Positions 43,952 through 53,246 of a stretch of DNA of 64,000 bases are shown piece by piece. The notes beneath the pieces are model-generated. The model did not search any database. It saw only the letters and a list, made by a program, of their open reading frames with translations, and was not told where the DNA came from. How positions within the stretch are numbered: position 1 is the first letter of the stretch; every line of letters begins with the position of its first letter. The position numbers and the translations under genes are program-made. The stretch comes from Thermoleophilia bacterium (GTDB taxonomy: Bacteria; Actinomycetota; Thermoleophilia; Gaiellales; SKUG01), in the NCBI GenBank assembly GCA_039811765.1, contig JBDHZF010000001.1, forward strand, positions 457 to 64,456, given 5' to 3'.

Positions 43952-44007
43952 TTTGGGCCGACCCGAGTCAACCCGACTCGCACGACTGCACCAAGGAGGC
44001 AAACGCC

Positions 44008-45183
44008 ATGCGCCGAGCGCGACCGATCTACCTTGATCACCCCGCCACCACGCCGTGCGATCCACGCGTGATCGACGCGATGCTGCCGTGGATGCAACAA
44101 CAGTGCGCGAACGCAGGCCAGTCGGGTCATGCGCCGGGCCGGGCGGCCGCGGCGGCGGTGGAACTCGCCCGCACGAACGTGGCGGCAACGCTCGGATTGC
44201 ACGACAGTGGCGGCGTGCTGTTCACGTCCGGAGCGACCGAGGCGAACAACCTCGCGCTGCTCGGCAGTTCGATCCGACCAGGCGAAGTCGTGGTGATCGG
44301 CGCGACCGAGCATCCCTCCGTGCTCGCGCCTGCGCGCGTGCTCGCCGCGCGCGGCGCGAAGCTGCGCATCGTGGGCGTGGACCACGACGGGCGCCTACGA
44401 CTCGACGAACTCGAATCCGCGCTCGAAGGCGGCGCGGCGCTCGTGTCGGTGCAGGCTGTGAACAACGAGACCGGCGTGATCCAACCCGTCGCGGCGATCG
44501 GCGCCGCCGCACACGCCGTGGGTGCGGCGTTTCACGTGGACGCGGTGCAAGCGTTCGGCAAGGTGCCGCTCGACGTGCACGGCCATGGCATCGATCTCGT
44601 GACGATCTCCGGCCACAAGGTCGGCGGCCCGCAAGGCATCGGCGCGCTCGCCGCTCGCGAACCCGCGCGCGTTCGCGAGCTCGCGCCGCTGCAGCACGGT
44701 GGCGGTCAGCAGCTCGGCATTCGCCCCGGAACCCTGAACGTGCCGGCGATCGTCGGGCTCGGCCATGCCGCAGGCGTGCTGCGAACGAGCGGCCGCGACG
44801 AAGCCGAGCGCATGCGCAGCCTGCGCGATCGACTCGAGCGCGCGATCGCGGGACGGCTCACCGGCGTCACCGTCAACGGTGGAGGCGTGCGACGATCACC
44901 GTCGATCTCGAGCATCACCGTCGACGGGATCGTCGCACGCGACCTGCTCGAGGACCTCGGCGCGGTCGCCGCGTCCACCGGAAGCGCGTGCAGCGGCGGC
45001 GCGCCGTCCCACGTGCTGCGCGCAATGGGTCGCACCGACGCGCAGGTGGCAGGCTCGATGCGCCTCGGCATCGGACGCACGACCACGATCGACGAGATCG
45101 ACGCGGCCGCGGAGCTGCTCGTGGACGCGGTCGCCTCCGCACGCGGGCGCCGCCGAACGCGACGACTCGTCATCACCGCCTGA
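44008..45183 (+). CDS. Cysteine desulfurase (NifS/IscS class V aminotransferase)
   Basis: AAGGAGG SD. PLP-lysine motif SGHKVGGPQG and catalytic-Cys loop STGSACSGGAPSHVL. Confidence 0.9.
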   Translation: MRRARPIYLDHPATTPCDPRVIDAMLPWMQQQCANAGQSGHAPGRAAAAAVELARTNVAATLGLHDSGGVLFTSGATEANNLALLGSSIRPGEVVVIGATEHPSVLAPARVLAARGAKLRIVGVDHDGRLRLDELESALEGGAALVSVQAVNNETGVIQPVAAIGAAAHAVGAAFHVDAVQAFGKVPLDVHGHGIDLVTISGHKVGGPQGIGALAAREPARVRELAPLQHGGGQQLGIRPGTLNVPAIVGLGHAAGVLRTSGRDEAERMRSLRDRLERAIAGRLTGVTVNGGGVRRSPSISSITVDGIVARDLLEDLGAVAASTGSACSGGAPSHVLRAMGRTDAQVAGSMRLGIGRTTTIDEIDAAAELLVDAVASARGRRRTRRLVITA

Positions 45184-45226
45184 CGTGCGCCATCCACCCC
45201 CGCGCCACCCAGCCCGCGCCACCTAG

Positions 45227-45281
45227 CCGCAATTCCCTCCACCCCTTGGGACAAATTGCGTTTCGGTGGACGAATGGCGCG
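45227..45281 (-). repeat. 3'-proximal structured repeat (34-nt hairpin plus upstream box) after the M3-peptidase stop
   Basis: CCGCAATTCCCTCCACCCCTTGGGACAAATTGCG (45227-45260) is about 88% identical to the reverse complement of 59931-59963. The box GGTGGACGAATGGCGCG (45265-45281) resembles the reverse complement of 59863-59880. Confidence 0.65.
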
Positions 45282-45284
45282 ACG

Positions 45285-47018
45285 CTACGCTGACTCGAGC
45301 GCGAGGTGCGGACGCAGGCGATGCATCGTGTCGGCGATCACCGCTTCGTCGAATGGATCGCCGAGGCCTGCGTCCGTGACCATCTGGCGGAACGACTTCG
45401 TGCCGCCGGTGTCGCACAGCTGCAGGTATGTGTCGATCGCGGCCTGTTCGTCCTCGAGCGAGCGCAGCCACAGCTGCCAGCTCACGATGCGCGCGAGCGC
45501 GTAGTCGAGGTAGTAGAACGGATACTGGAACACGTGCAGCTGCAGCAGCCAGCGGTTGCCGGCATACCACTCGTCCACGTCCCAATCGATCGCAGGCTGG
45601 AAGCGGCGCGCCGCGGCCTCCCATGCGGCAGCTCGGCCAGCTGCGTCGAGATCGCCGTCGTAGATGCGGTGTTGCAGCTCGTCGATCGCGGCCATGTACG
45701 GCACGACGTCCAGCGTGGAGCGCAGGTGTTCCACGCGGAAGTGCTCGAGTTCGTCGCCGAAGAACGGCGCGAGGTACGGCATGGCGAGCAGCTCCAGCGA
45801 CATCGAATGGATCTCGCACGCCTCCATCGTGGGGTGCTGCAGGTCCGGCGGTTCGATGTCGCGGCTGCGCCAGCCTTGGAGCGCATGACCATACTCGTGC
45901 ACGAGCGTCTTCACATCGTCGTGCGCGCCCACCGAATTGCAGAAGATGAAGGGGACACGTTCCCAGCCGAAGCCGCCGCAGAACGCGCCGGTGCCCTTTC
46001 CGGGGCGCGCGGGCAAGTCGACGAGTCCCTCGTCCACGAGCATGCGCCACGGCGCGCCGAACGCCTCGCCCATCGCGTCGAACGTTTCGCTGGCGGCGTC
46101 GAGCTCGCCGTCGATCGACACGTGCAAGTGGGGCGGCGGTTCGGGCATGATCGCCACGTCCGCGGGGTGCAGGCGATCCGTGCCGAGCGCGGCGGCTTGC
46201 ACGAGTTGCAGCTCGGTGGCGATCGGCACGACGTGCTGCTGGATCGCGTGCCGCACATGGGCCGCGTCCTCGGGCGTCCAATCGAAGCGGCGCATTTCGA
46301 GGTAGCGCAGGTCCACGTACGACGGCTGGTCCAGATTCTTCGCCATCTGGCCGCGCAGCTCGCGCGCCTCGTCGAAGATCGCCTGCAGCTCGCGCTCGTG
46401 CTCGCGCACGTAGTCCATGCGCGAGCGCCACGCGGCATGCCGTTCGTCGCGATCGGGGTCGAGCGCGGCCTTCGCGCCGAAGCTGAGTGGGTGGGTCTCG
46501 CCGCGCCACGTGAACGTGCCCTTGCCGAAGATGCGCGTGTGGCGCATCAGCACCCCGCTCAGCTCGGTGCGCAGCGCGGTGTTCACGGGCGCGTGCGCGC
46601 GGCATGCGCCCTCGAGCTGACGCAGGTACAGTGTGCCGAATCGGTCGGTGAGCGCGTCGGCGACAGGGGCCGCGACGATCGCGCGCGCGACTTCCATCGA
46701 GGCGTCGGTGATCGTGGGCGACACTTGTCGCGTCCAACGCTCGTACGCCTCGGTGACGGCGGCGTCATCGGTCTGTTGGCGATACGCGATCGCCACGCGC
46801 GAGCCGTGCGTGTCGATCAGCGCTTCGAGTTCGCTGGTGCGCAGCACCACGTCGATCCACGCATCGGGGCTCTCGCCGGCTTCGCCGCACGCGGCGAGGA
46901 TCTCGTCGTAGCGAGCGCGAATCCAATCGGCGTCGAGCTGCTCGGGCAGGTCCGAGGGCAGCCAATTGGGCGTGCGGGCGAGGTGCGAGAGATCCGGGAG
47001 GTACTTCGTCGTCGTCAT
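45285..47018 (-). CDS. M3-family oligoendopeptidase (PepF-like)
   Basis: In-frame ATG 47018 (MTTTKYLPDLSH...). Zinc motif TLVHEYGHALQ. About 577 aa. Confidence 0.85.
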   Translation of the reverse strand: MTTTKYLPDLSHLARTPNWLPSDLPEQLDADWIRARYDEILAACGEAGESPDAWIDVVLRTSELEALIDTHGSRVAIAYRQQTDDAAVTEAYERWTRQVSPTITDASMEVARAIVAAPVADALTDRFGTLYLRQLEGACRAHAPVNTALRTELSGVLMRHTRIFGKGTFTWRGETHPLSFGAKAALDPDRDERHAAWRSRMDYVREHERELQAIFDEARELRGQMAKNLDQPSYVDLRYLEMRRFDWTPEDAAHVRHAIQQHVVPIATELQLVQAAALGTDRLHPADVAIMPEPPPHLHVSIDGELDAASETFDAMGEAFGAPWRMLVDEGLVDLPARPGKGTGAFCGGFGWERVPFIFCNSVGAHDDVKTLVHEYGHALQGWRSRDIEPPDLQHPTMEACEIHSMSLELLAMPYLAPFFGDELEHFRVEHLRSTLDVVPYMAAIDELQHRIYDGDLDAAGRAAAWEAAARRFQPAIDWDVDEWYAGNRWLLQLHVFQYPFYYLDYALARIVSWQLWLRSLEDEQAAIDTYLQLCDTGGTKSFRQMVTDAGLGDPFDEAVIADTMHRLRPHLALESA

Positions 47019-47065
47019 GCCTCGGGCGATGCCCGTTCGACGCGCTGGCGAATCCCGTCGCGCGG

Positions 47066-47695
47066 TCAGGCGCGGTCTGGGTCGATCGCGGCGATCGTGT
47101 TGTCGATCAGCTCCTGGCGCCCATGCTCGATGGCTCGCTGCAACACGCCGTGCTCGTCCACCTTGTACTGCCCGACACGCTCCAGCCTGGGCGAGTACGC
47201 ATGAATGGTGACGGCTGGCGTGCCGCTGCCATGCGCCACGGAGTGGATGTAACCCGCAGGACCCTGGCGGCTCACGCCGGGAGTCATCTCGATCGTGGTG
47301 GCGCCGGACGGCAGCAGCATCTGCCGCTCGATCACGCTGCCCTGCGCCGAGCACAGTCCCACGCCGGAAACGTCATGGTCATGGAACCCTGTGTGCTGGC
47401 CCGGCATCCAGCTGAGCACCCACACGTCGATGCGGTCGTCTTCGTACAGCAGTCGATAGCGTCGACGCTCCTCGTCCACCACCACGAGCGGGCCGAACAA
47501 CGACTCGTCCTGCGCGATCGTGCGCACGAGCGATTCGAGCTCGTCGCAGTCGAGCACGCCGGTGTGTGGCATCAGCGAGGCGCAACGCGCGGCGAGCTCT
47601 GCCGGCGGCGCGGTGACTTCGTTCCACTGCTGCGGCGTGATCTCGTTGTTGCCAGTGGACGACGGCGAGCTGGTAGGCGGGTTCATCGAATCCAT
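47066..47695 (-). CDS. Cysteine dioxygenase type I family cupin (CDO/3-mercaptopropionate dioxygenase-like)
   Basis: Motifs present: WMPGQHTGFHDHD..SGVGLCSAQGSVIE and ..IHSVAHG..., plus TIHAYSPRL. Confidence 0.8.
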   Translation of the reverse strand: MDSMNPPTSSPSSTGNNEITPQQWNEVTAPPAELAARCASLMPHTGVLDCDELESLVRTIAQDESLFGPLVVVDEERRRYRLLYEDDRIDVWVLSWMPGQHTGFHDHDVSGVGLCSAQGSVIERQMLLPSGATTIEMTPGVSRQGPAGYIHSVAHGSGTPAVTIHAYSPRLERVGQYKVDEHGVLQRAIEHGRQELIDNTIAAIDPDRA

Positions 47696-47734
47696 TGTAG
47701 CTGCGCGCGCCCAATGCGCCGCGAACCAGTCCGA

Positions 47735-48217
47735 TCAACGCGTGACGACGTTGCGCCAGGGAATCGGCGAACCGAGGATCATCGACGTCGTCGTCTTGCC
47801 GAACTGATTGAGCGACGTGGTGAGGCGATCGAGCTCGGCCATGCTGCCAACCTGCACGCGCAGCAGCACTGTCTCCTCGCCCGTGAGCGTGTGGCACTCC
47901 ACGACTTCGCCGCGATCCTGCGCGAACGCGACGAGCCGTTCGACCCGCTGCGGCGTGGGCGTGGCGACCCGCACGAACGCGCCGATGCCGCGTCCAACGC
48001 GCTCTGGGTCGATCCACGCGCCGTAGCCGGTGATCACGCCGGCGCGCTCCATGCGGCGCACGCGCTCGCGGGCCGCAGGCGCGGTCAGGGACACGCGCCG
48101 GCCGAGCTGCGCCCACGTGATGCGAGCGTCGCGTTCGATCTCGCGAATGATCGCGCGATCGGTGGGATCGAGGTTGATCGGGGCGGGAACCAAGGAAGGC
48201 ACGGCGGTCATGGGCAT
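47735..48217 (-). CDS. Lrp/AsnC-family transcriptional regulator
   Basis: In-frame ATG 48217. LDPTDRAIIREIERDARITWAQLGRRVSLTAPAARERVRRMERAGVI forms the HTH, followed by a C-terminal RAM-like domain. Confidence 0.88.
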   Translation of the reverse strand: MPMTAVPSLVPAPINLDPTDRAIIREIERDARITWAQLGRRVSLTAPAARERVRRMERAGVITGYGAWIDPERVGRGIGAFVRVATPTPQRVERLVAFAQDRGEVVECHTLTGEETVLLRVQVGSMAELDRLTTSLNQFGKTTTSMILGSPIPWRNVVTR

Positions 48218-48238
48218 ACGGTAGCGGAGAATCGTGAA

Positions 48239-48252
48239 AATTTCGCGAAATT
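48239..48252. promoter_or_regulatory. Perfect 14-bp AT-rich palindrome in the Lrp/EamA divergent spacer (operator candidate)
   Basis: AATTTCGCGAAATT lies 22 nt upstream of the Lrp start codon. Confidence 0.4.
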
Positions 48253-48395
48253 GGGGTTTGCTGGCCGGATGATGTATGACAAATGGCCCATGATGCGTTG
48301 ATTCATGCGCGGTTCTTTCGAATCGGAAGCGGGATCGGCCGAACACTTTCGATCGCCCATTGGGGTGGTGGCGACCGTCGCCTACCGTGTCAGGC

Positions 48396-49505
48396 ATGCA
48401 CGGAAAAACTACTTCAACCTCACTCATGGTCGCCTGCTTGCTCGTCACATGGCTGGTCTGGGGATCGTCGTTCGCGGCGATCTCGTGGACACTCGAAGCG
48501 CTGCCGCCGCTGCTCTTGATGGCGACTCGATTCATGGTTGCTGGCGCGATCGCGACGATCGTGGGCGCTCGACTCACGCGCCGTTCAGGCGGCCCTCGCC
48601 CAACACGGCGCGAGTGGCGTGACGCGTCCATCGTCGGCACGGGATTCGTGGCGATCGGCATGGGCGCCACGAGCTGGGCGGCGTCGCACCTGTCGTCGAG
48701 CATCACCGCGCTGCTGGTGGCCACCGCCCCGGTATGGCTCGTGACGTTCCAGTGCTTCGGGCCTCGCCGCAGGCCGTTGAACGCCGTCGTGTTGGCTGGC
48801 CTGCTCGCGGGCATTGGCGGCATGGCGCTGCTGGTCGCGCCTGGTGCAGGCGAGGCGATCGACCTTCGCGCTGCAATCGTGCTCGTGGCGGCGAATGGCG
48901 TGTGGGCAGCGACGTCGCTGTTCGCCCGATCGGCGACGCGACCGTCGTCGCTCGTTCAGGGCGTGGGCATGCAAATGCTCGCGGGTGGCACGCTGCTCGC
49001 TATCGCATCCGCGGCATGCGGGGAATTCGGAGCGGTGCGCTGGTCCAAGCTCGGCGCGCTCGCAACCTGCAGCTGGGTATACCTCGTGCTCGCGGCGTCG
49101 TTGGGCGGGTTCCTCGCCTACGGCTGGCTGCTCGAGCACGCGTCGACGACGATCGCGTCCACGTTCGCGTTCGTCAATCCGCTCGTCGCGGTCGGCATCG
49201 GCGCGGCAGCGCTTGGGGAGACGATCGATCAACGGGTGTTGACGGCGACCGCGGCGATCGTCGCGGCCGTCGTGCTCATGATGGTCGGAGAAGCGCGAGT
49301 CGCAGCACCCGTGCGGCGCGATCGAATCGGGATGGCGAGCGCGGCACGGCCCGTGGCGCTGGCAGGTCGCGGCGGCCGCAAGCTCGGATGGTCGCCTGCG
49401 CCCACGCCGTCGTTCGCCGCTCGACGCGAGCCTCGCCCCCTGCGCGCGACCGACGGCATGGACGCGCTCGCGATCGATCGCGCGCTCGAACGCTTCGAGG
49501 CCTGA
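48396..49505 (+). CDS. EamA/DMT-family transporter
   Basis: In-frame ATG 48396. It has ten hydrophobic segments and begins LLVTWLVWGSSFAAISWTLEALPPLLLMATRF. Confidence 0.85.
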   Translation: MHGKTTSTSLMVACLLVTWLVWGSSFAAISWTLEALPPLLLMATRFMVAGAIATIVGARLTRRSGGPRPTRREWRDASIVGTGFVAIGMGATSWAASHLSSSITALLVATAPVWLVTFQCFGPRRRPLNAVVLAGLLAGIGGMALLVAPGAGEAIDLRAAIVLVAANGVWAATSLFARSATRPSSLVQGVGMQMLAGGTLLAIASAACGEFGAVRWSKLGALATCSWVYLVLAASLGGFLAYGWLLEHASTTIASTFAFVNPLVAVGIGAAALGETIDQRVLTATAAIVAAVVLMMVGEARVAAPVRRDRIGMASAARPVALAGRGGRKLGWSPAPTPSFAARREPRPLRATDGMDALAIDRALERFEA

Positions 49506-49525
49506 GCGCTATCGTCGCAGTGCGA

Positions 49526-50086
49526 TCAAGCGGCAGCGACGCGCGCGACGCCGAGATGCGCGTCGTTGAGCCGATCGAAGCCGCCGAACTGGTTCACGGC
49601 GACGCCAGCGAGCGCGGCCGCCGCCCCGAGTTGCGTGACCGGCGTGGGAACGAGCAGCAACGCACCGCCCACCACGCTGAGCACTGCGCCGCGACCGTCT
49701 TTGGTGGTGATCAGCGCCTGCGCGCCCTGCTCGCTCACGAGCTTCGCGCCAGCCATCGCACCCGCGCCGATCGTGACGATCGGCAGCGCCTTCGACAGGA
49801 ATCCCGCGGCACGACCGAGCCATGATGCCTTCGGGATCGCATTCGCGACGGCCCGAGCTGGCTTCTCCGCCAATGCAAGGCCTTGCGCCAGGTGCGCGGA
49901 TCCGCTCGCGCCGCCGGCGACAGCAGTCGGCACGTTTTGGGGTATCGACGAAGCCAGTGTCGCCGTGGCGTTGCCTGCGGTGGCCGCCGTGGTCTCGGCA
50001 GCGGACGCCACGCCGTCCAACGCTCCGCCCACGGCCGTCGCGGCGGCCATGGCGCCATGGGAGATCGTCGAGAGCGAGAAGTCCAT
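49526..50086 (-). CDS. Ala/Gly-rich hypothetical protein with two C-terminal hydrophobic segments
   Basis: Track ORF of 186 aa. About 20 of the last 24 codons end in G/C. The opposite-strand ORF 49566..50129 looks like its shadow. Confidence 0.5.
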   Translation of the reverse strand: MDFSLSTISHGAMAAATAVGGALDGVASAAETTAATAGNATATLASSIPQNVPTAVAGGASGSAHLAQGLALAEKPARAVANAIPKASWLGRAAGFLSKALPIVTIGAGAMAGAKLVSEQGAQALITTKDGRGAVLSVVGGALLLVPTPVTQLGAAAALAGVAVNQFGGFDRLNDAHLGVARVAAA

Positions 50087-50175
50087 CGCCGTGTCATCGA
50101 CTTTGCATGCAGGGATGTTGCACCATTGAGGCCAACTCGTGGCCGCAACGTCCCGTCTCGTCTCGAGTTGTCAGG

Positions 50176-51081
50176 ATGCGTGACGCAATGACGTCGCACC
50201 ACCACGGACGCTTCGCTCCCAGCCCCACCGGCCGCTTGCACCTGGGCAATCTGCGCACCGCCCTGATCGCGTGGTTGCACGCGCGCAGTCATGGTGGACG
50301 CTTCTCGCTGCGCGTCGACGACCTGGACCCGGATCGGGCGCGCCCCGAACACGAGCGACGACAGATCGCCGACCTCGCAGCGATCGGCATCGACTTCGAC
50401 GGCGACCCGACTCGCCAATCGACGCGTCTCGATCGGTATCGCGAAGCGCTCGTCCAGCTCGCGTCCGACGATCGCACCTATCCGTGCTTCTGCAGCCGCG
50501 CCGAAGTGCTTGCCGCCGCGAGCGCGCCGCACGACAGCGATGGCGTGGAGGCACCGTACCCAGGAACCTGCGCGCGATTGTCGAGCGTCGAAAGCGCACG
50601 CCGCGTCGCTGCCGGCGATCCGCATTGCGTGCGCGTGCGCGCGCGTGGGCAGCGAATCGGCTTCGACGATCTGCTCTTGGGCCATGTGGAAGCGGTCGTG
50701 GACGACTTCATCGTTCGCCGACGCGATGGCGTCCCCGCGTACAACCTCGCCAGCCCGATCGACGAATCCGATCTCGAGATCGACGAGGTGCTGCGCGGCG
50801 CGGACCTCGCCTCCACCACGCCTCGGCAGCTGTGGATCGCGCGCGAGCTGCGCTTGCGCGTGCCGACCTTCGCCCACGTGCCGCTCGTGGTGGGCCACGA
50901 CGGCGAACGGCTCGCGAAACGGAATGGTGCACGCAACCTGGACGAACTCGGCGCCGCCGGCATGAGCGCGGAAGGCGTCCGGCAGTTGCTCGTCGCGTCG
51001 TTGGGCGACGCGGTCACCGCCGACGGGTTCGATCTGAGCCAGCTTCCACGCGCTCCGTGGCGAGTTCCTTCCATTGCCTGA
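50176..51081 (+). CDS. gluQ: Glutamyl-Q tRNA(Asp) synthetase
   Basis: GRFAPSPTGRLHLGNLRTAL (HIGH-like), RRDGVPAYNLASPIDE and RLAKRNG (KMSKS-like). About 300 aa with no anticodon-binding domain. Confidence 0.88.
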   Translation: MRDAMTSHHHGRFAPSPTGRLHLGNLRTALIAWLHARSHGGRFSLRVDDLDPDRARPEHERRQIADLAAIGIDFDGDPTRQSTRLDRYREALVQLASDDRTYPCFCSRAEVLAAASAPHDSDGVEAPYPGTCARLSSVESARRVAAGDPHCVRVRARGQRIGFDDLLLGHVEAVVDDFIVRRRDGVPAYNLASPIDESDLEIDEVLRGADLASTTPRQLWIARELRLRVPTFAHVPLVVGHDGERLAKRNGARNLDELGAAGMSAEGVRQLLVASLGDAVTADGFDLSQLPRAPWRVPSIA

Positions 51082-51153
51082 TCGAGCGATCGGCCCGCGC
51101 GTCGCTATAGTCCGTGGACCACAGCAGCGACCGCGCACGCCGAGGAGCCCGCG

Positions 51154-52698
51154 ATGCAGTCCCCCCGAATTCGTACGCGACTGGTCGTCATGTCGCTCTC
51201 TGTGCTCGCGATCACAGTCGCAGCCCCCGCCGCGCATGCCGCGCCGGTGACCGCTCAGATCGTGAACGGCAGCAGCGTGGACGACGCGACGTTCCGTTCG
51301 CGCTGGCCGTTCATCGTCACGCTCGTGAACTCGAAGGCGCAGGACCAATTCGACGGGCAATTCTGCGGAGGGTCGCTGATCGACGATCAGCACGTGGTGA
51401 CCGCGGCGCATTGCGTGACGCCGCGCGCGGGCGCGACGGCCGCGCCAACGTCGCTTACCGTGGTGGCGAACACCAGAACGCTGTCGTCGACGTCGATGGG
51501 GTCCGGCGACTCCGAAGCGCGGCGCGTTGCTGAGGTCTTCGTCAACCCGCGCTTCGGCGTGAACGCGCTCGACGGATTCCACGACGACGTGGCGGTGCTG
51601 CGCCTCGCGTCTCCCATCGCGAACGCGTCGACGATCTCGCTCGTGCAGCCGTCGGAAGATTCGCTCTGGGGCGCTGGCGCGGGCGGCGTGAACGCGTCGG
51701 TCGCCGGGTGGGGCGACACCGACCCCCTCGCAAAGCGCTCCCCGGCGCTGCGCTTCCCGACGACGCTTCGGCAGACGACGATTCCGTTGCAGTCGGACGC
51801 GCAATGCTCCTCCACCAAAGGCGGCGGCTACGGACTGGCCTTTGAACGCGCGACCAATCTGTGCGGCGGCACGCTGCAGAGCGGCTCGACGCTGGGCACC
51901 GATTCGTGCCAAGGCGACAGCGGTGGACCGTTGATCGTGCAGGCGAGCGATTTGAGCTGGCGCCTCGCAGGCATCGTGTCGTGGGGCGAAGGCTGCGCTC
52001 AGCGCAACTTCGGGGCGTACTCGCGCATCGCCTCGCTTCGCGACTGGATCGCCACGATTCCCGGCGCGACGGGCGGCGACGGCGCCGCAAACGCGGGACC
52101 CGGCGGCACGCTGCGCGTGCGCGAACTGCGCCAAACGGGCGGCGACTTCTCGAGCGTGCGCTTGGCGTGGTCGCCTGATCCGTCGGGCGCGCAGCCCGAG
52201 CGGTACGGCGTGTGGCTGCGTGGATTGTCCAGCGGCGAGCAGGTGGAGTTCTTGCAAGCGGTCACCACCAGCACGTCGATTCGGTTGGACGCGGCGCCCA
52301 CGCGACGTGCGAACGCGTACTTGTGGATCGTTCGACCGCTCGGGTCGGACGATTCGGCTGGCCCGACCGCGGCGCTTCGAGCAGGACCCACGCCCGACGC
52401 GATCGCGCCGACCACGCCCGCGCGCGCATGGATGGTTCGTCGCGGCGCGCGGTCGATCACCGTCACTTGGGCGGCGGCGATTGATCGCGGCGCGGGCATC
52501 GAGCGCTACCAAGTGCAGCGCCACGCGGCGGGAAGCGGCGCCTCGTGGAGCGCCGTGGACTTCGCAGGCTCGCGACCCGGTCGCCTCACGCTCCGGGTCG
52601 CGGCCGCGAGCCGGACGGCGATTCGCGTACGCGCGATCGATCGCGCCGGAAACGTCGGGCGCTGGCGTCAGTCGCCGGCGTTCTCCCCGCTCAGCTGA
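51154..52698 (+). CDS. Secreted trypsin-like (S1) serine protease with two C-terminal Fn3-like domains
   Basis: Signal peptide ...AAPAAHA, then IVNGS. Catalytic triad TAAHC, DDVAVLRL and CQGDSGGP. The tail has LAWSP...Y.V and ...RVRAIDRAGNVG. Confidence 0.9.
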   Translation: MQSPRIRTRLVVMSLSVLAITVAAPAAHAAPVTAQIVNGSSVDDATFRSRWPFIVTLVNSKAQDQFDGQFCGGSLIDDQHVVTAAHCVTPRAGATAAPTSLTVVANTRTLSSTSMGSGDSEARRVAEVFVNPRFGVNALDGFHDDVAVLRLASPIANASTISLVQPSEDSLWGAGAGGVNASVAGWGDTDPLAKRSPALRFPTTLRQTTIPLQSDAQCSSTKGGGYGLAFERATNLCGGTLQSGSTLGTDSCQGDSGGPLIVQASDLSWRLAGIVSWGEGCAQRNFGAYSRIASLRDWIATIPGATGGDGAANAGPGGTLRVRELRQTGGDFSSVRLAWSPDPSGAQPERYGVWLRGLSSGEQVEFLQAVTTSTSIRLDAAPTRRANAYLWIVRPLGSDDSAGPTAALRAGPTPDAIAPTTPARAWMVRRGARSITVTWAAAIDRGAGIERYQVQRHAAGSGASWSAVDFAGSRPGRLTLRVAAASRTAIRVRAIDRAGNVGRWRQSPAFSPLS

Positions 52699-53152
52699 TG
52701 CCGATCACTTCGAGGCGCATCGTGCCGCGGGGCAGCTGTACCTCGACGGTGTCACCGATCGTCGCCTCCATCAGCGCCGATCCGATTGGCGATTCGTAGG
52801 ACACCTTGTTCTCGAGCGGATCGGCCTCGGAAACGCCGGTGACGATCCACGTCTCGTCCTGCATCGATCCGTCCTCGCGCACGACCACTTTCGAGCCGAC
52901 GGTGACGCGATCGCTGCCGGACGCCTCCACCACCTTTGCGGTGCGCAGCTGCCCCTCGATCACCTGAATGCGTGTCTCCAGGAACCCTTGTTCCTCTTTC
53001 GCGGCGTGATACTCGGCGTTCTCCTTGAGGTCGCCGAGCTCGCGCGCAGCCTTGATCTTCGCGGCCATCGCCGGTCGCTTCGCCTGCAGCGTGTCCAGTT
53101 CGGCGCGAAGCGCTTCGAGGCCTTCGGGGGTGAGGAGCGTGTCGTTGTTCAT
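52691..53152 (-). CDS. greA: Transcription elongation factor GreA
   Basis: In-frame ATG 53152. LTPEGLEALRAELDTL...GDLKENAEYHAAKEEQGFLETRI plus a C-terminal FKBP-like domain. Confidence 0.92.
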   Translation of the reverse strand: MNNDTLLTPEGLEALRAELDTLQAKRPAMAAKIKAARELGDLKENAEYHAAKEEQGFLETRIQVIEGQLRTAKVVEASGSDRVTVGSKVVVREDGSMQDETWIVTGVSEADPLENKVSYESPIGSALMEATIGDTVEVQLPRGTMRLEVIGIS

Positions 53153-53246
53153 GGAACCCGTCCTACCGGAGCGCGCGCATCGCAAAACCCGAACCCGCTC
53201 GGATTTCGCCACAATCCATGAATGCGTGGATCCGGGGTCAAGGATC

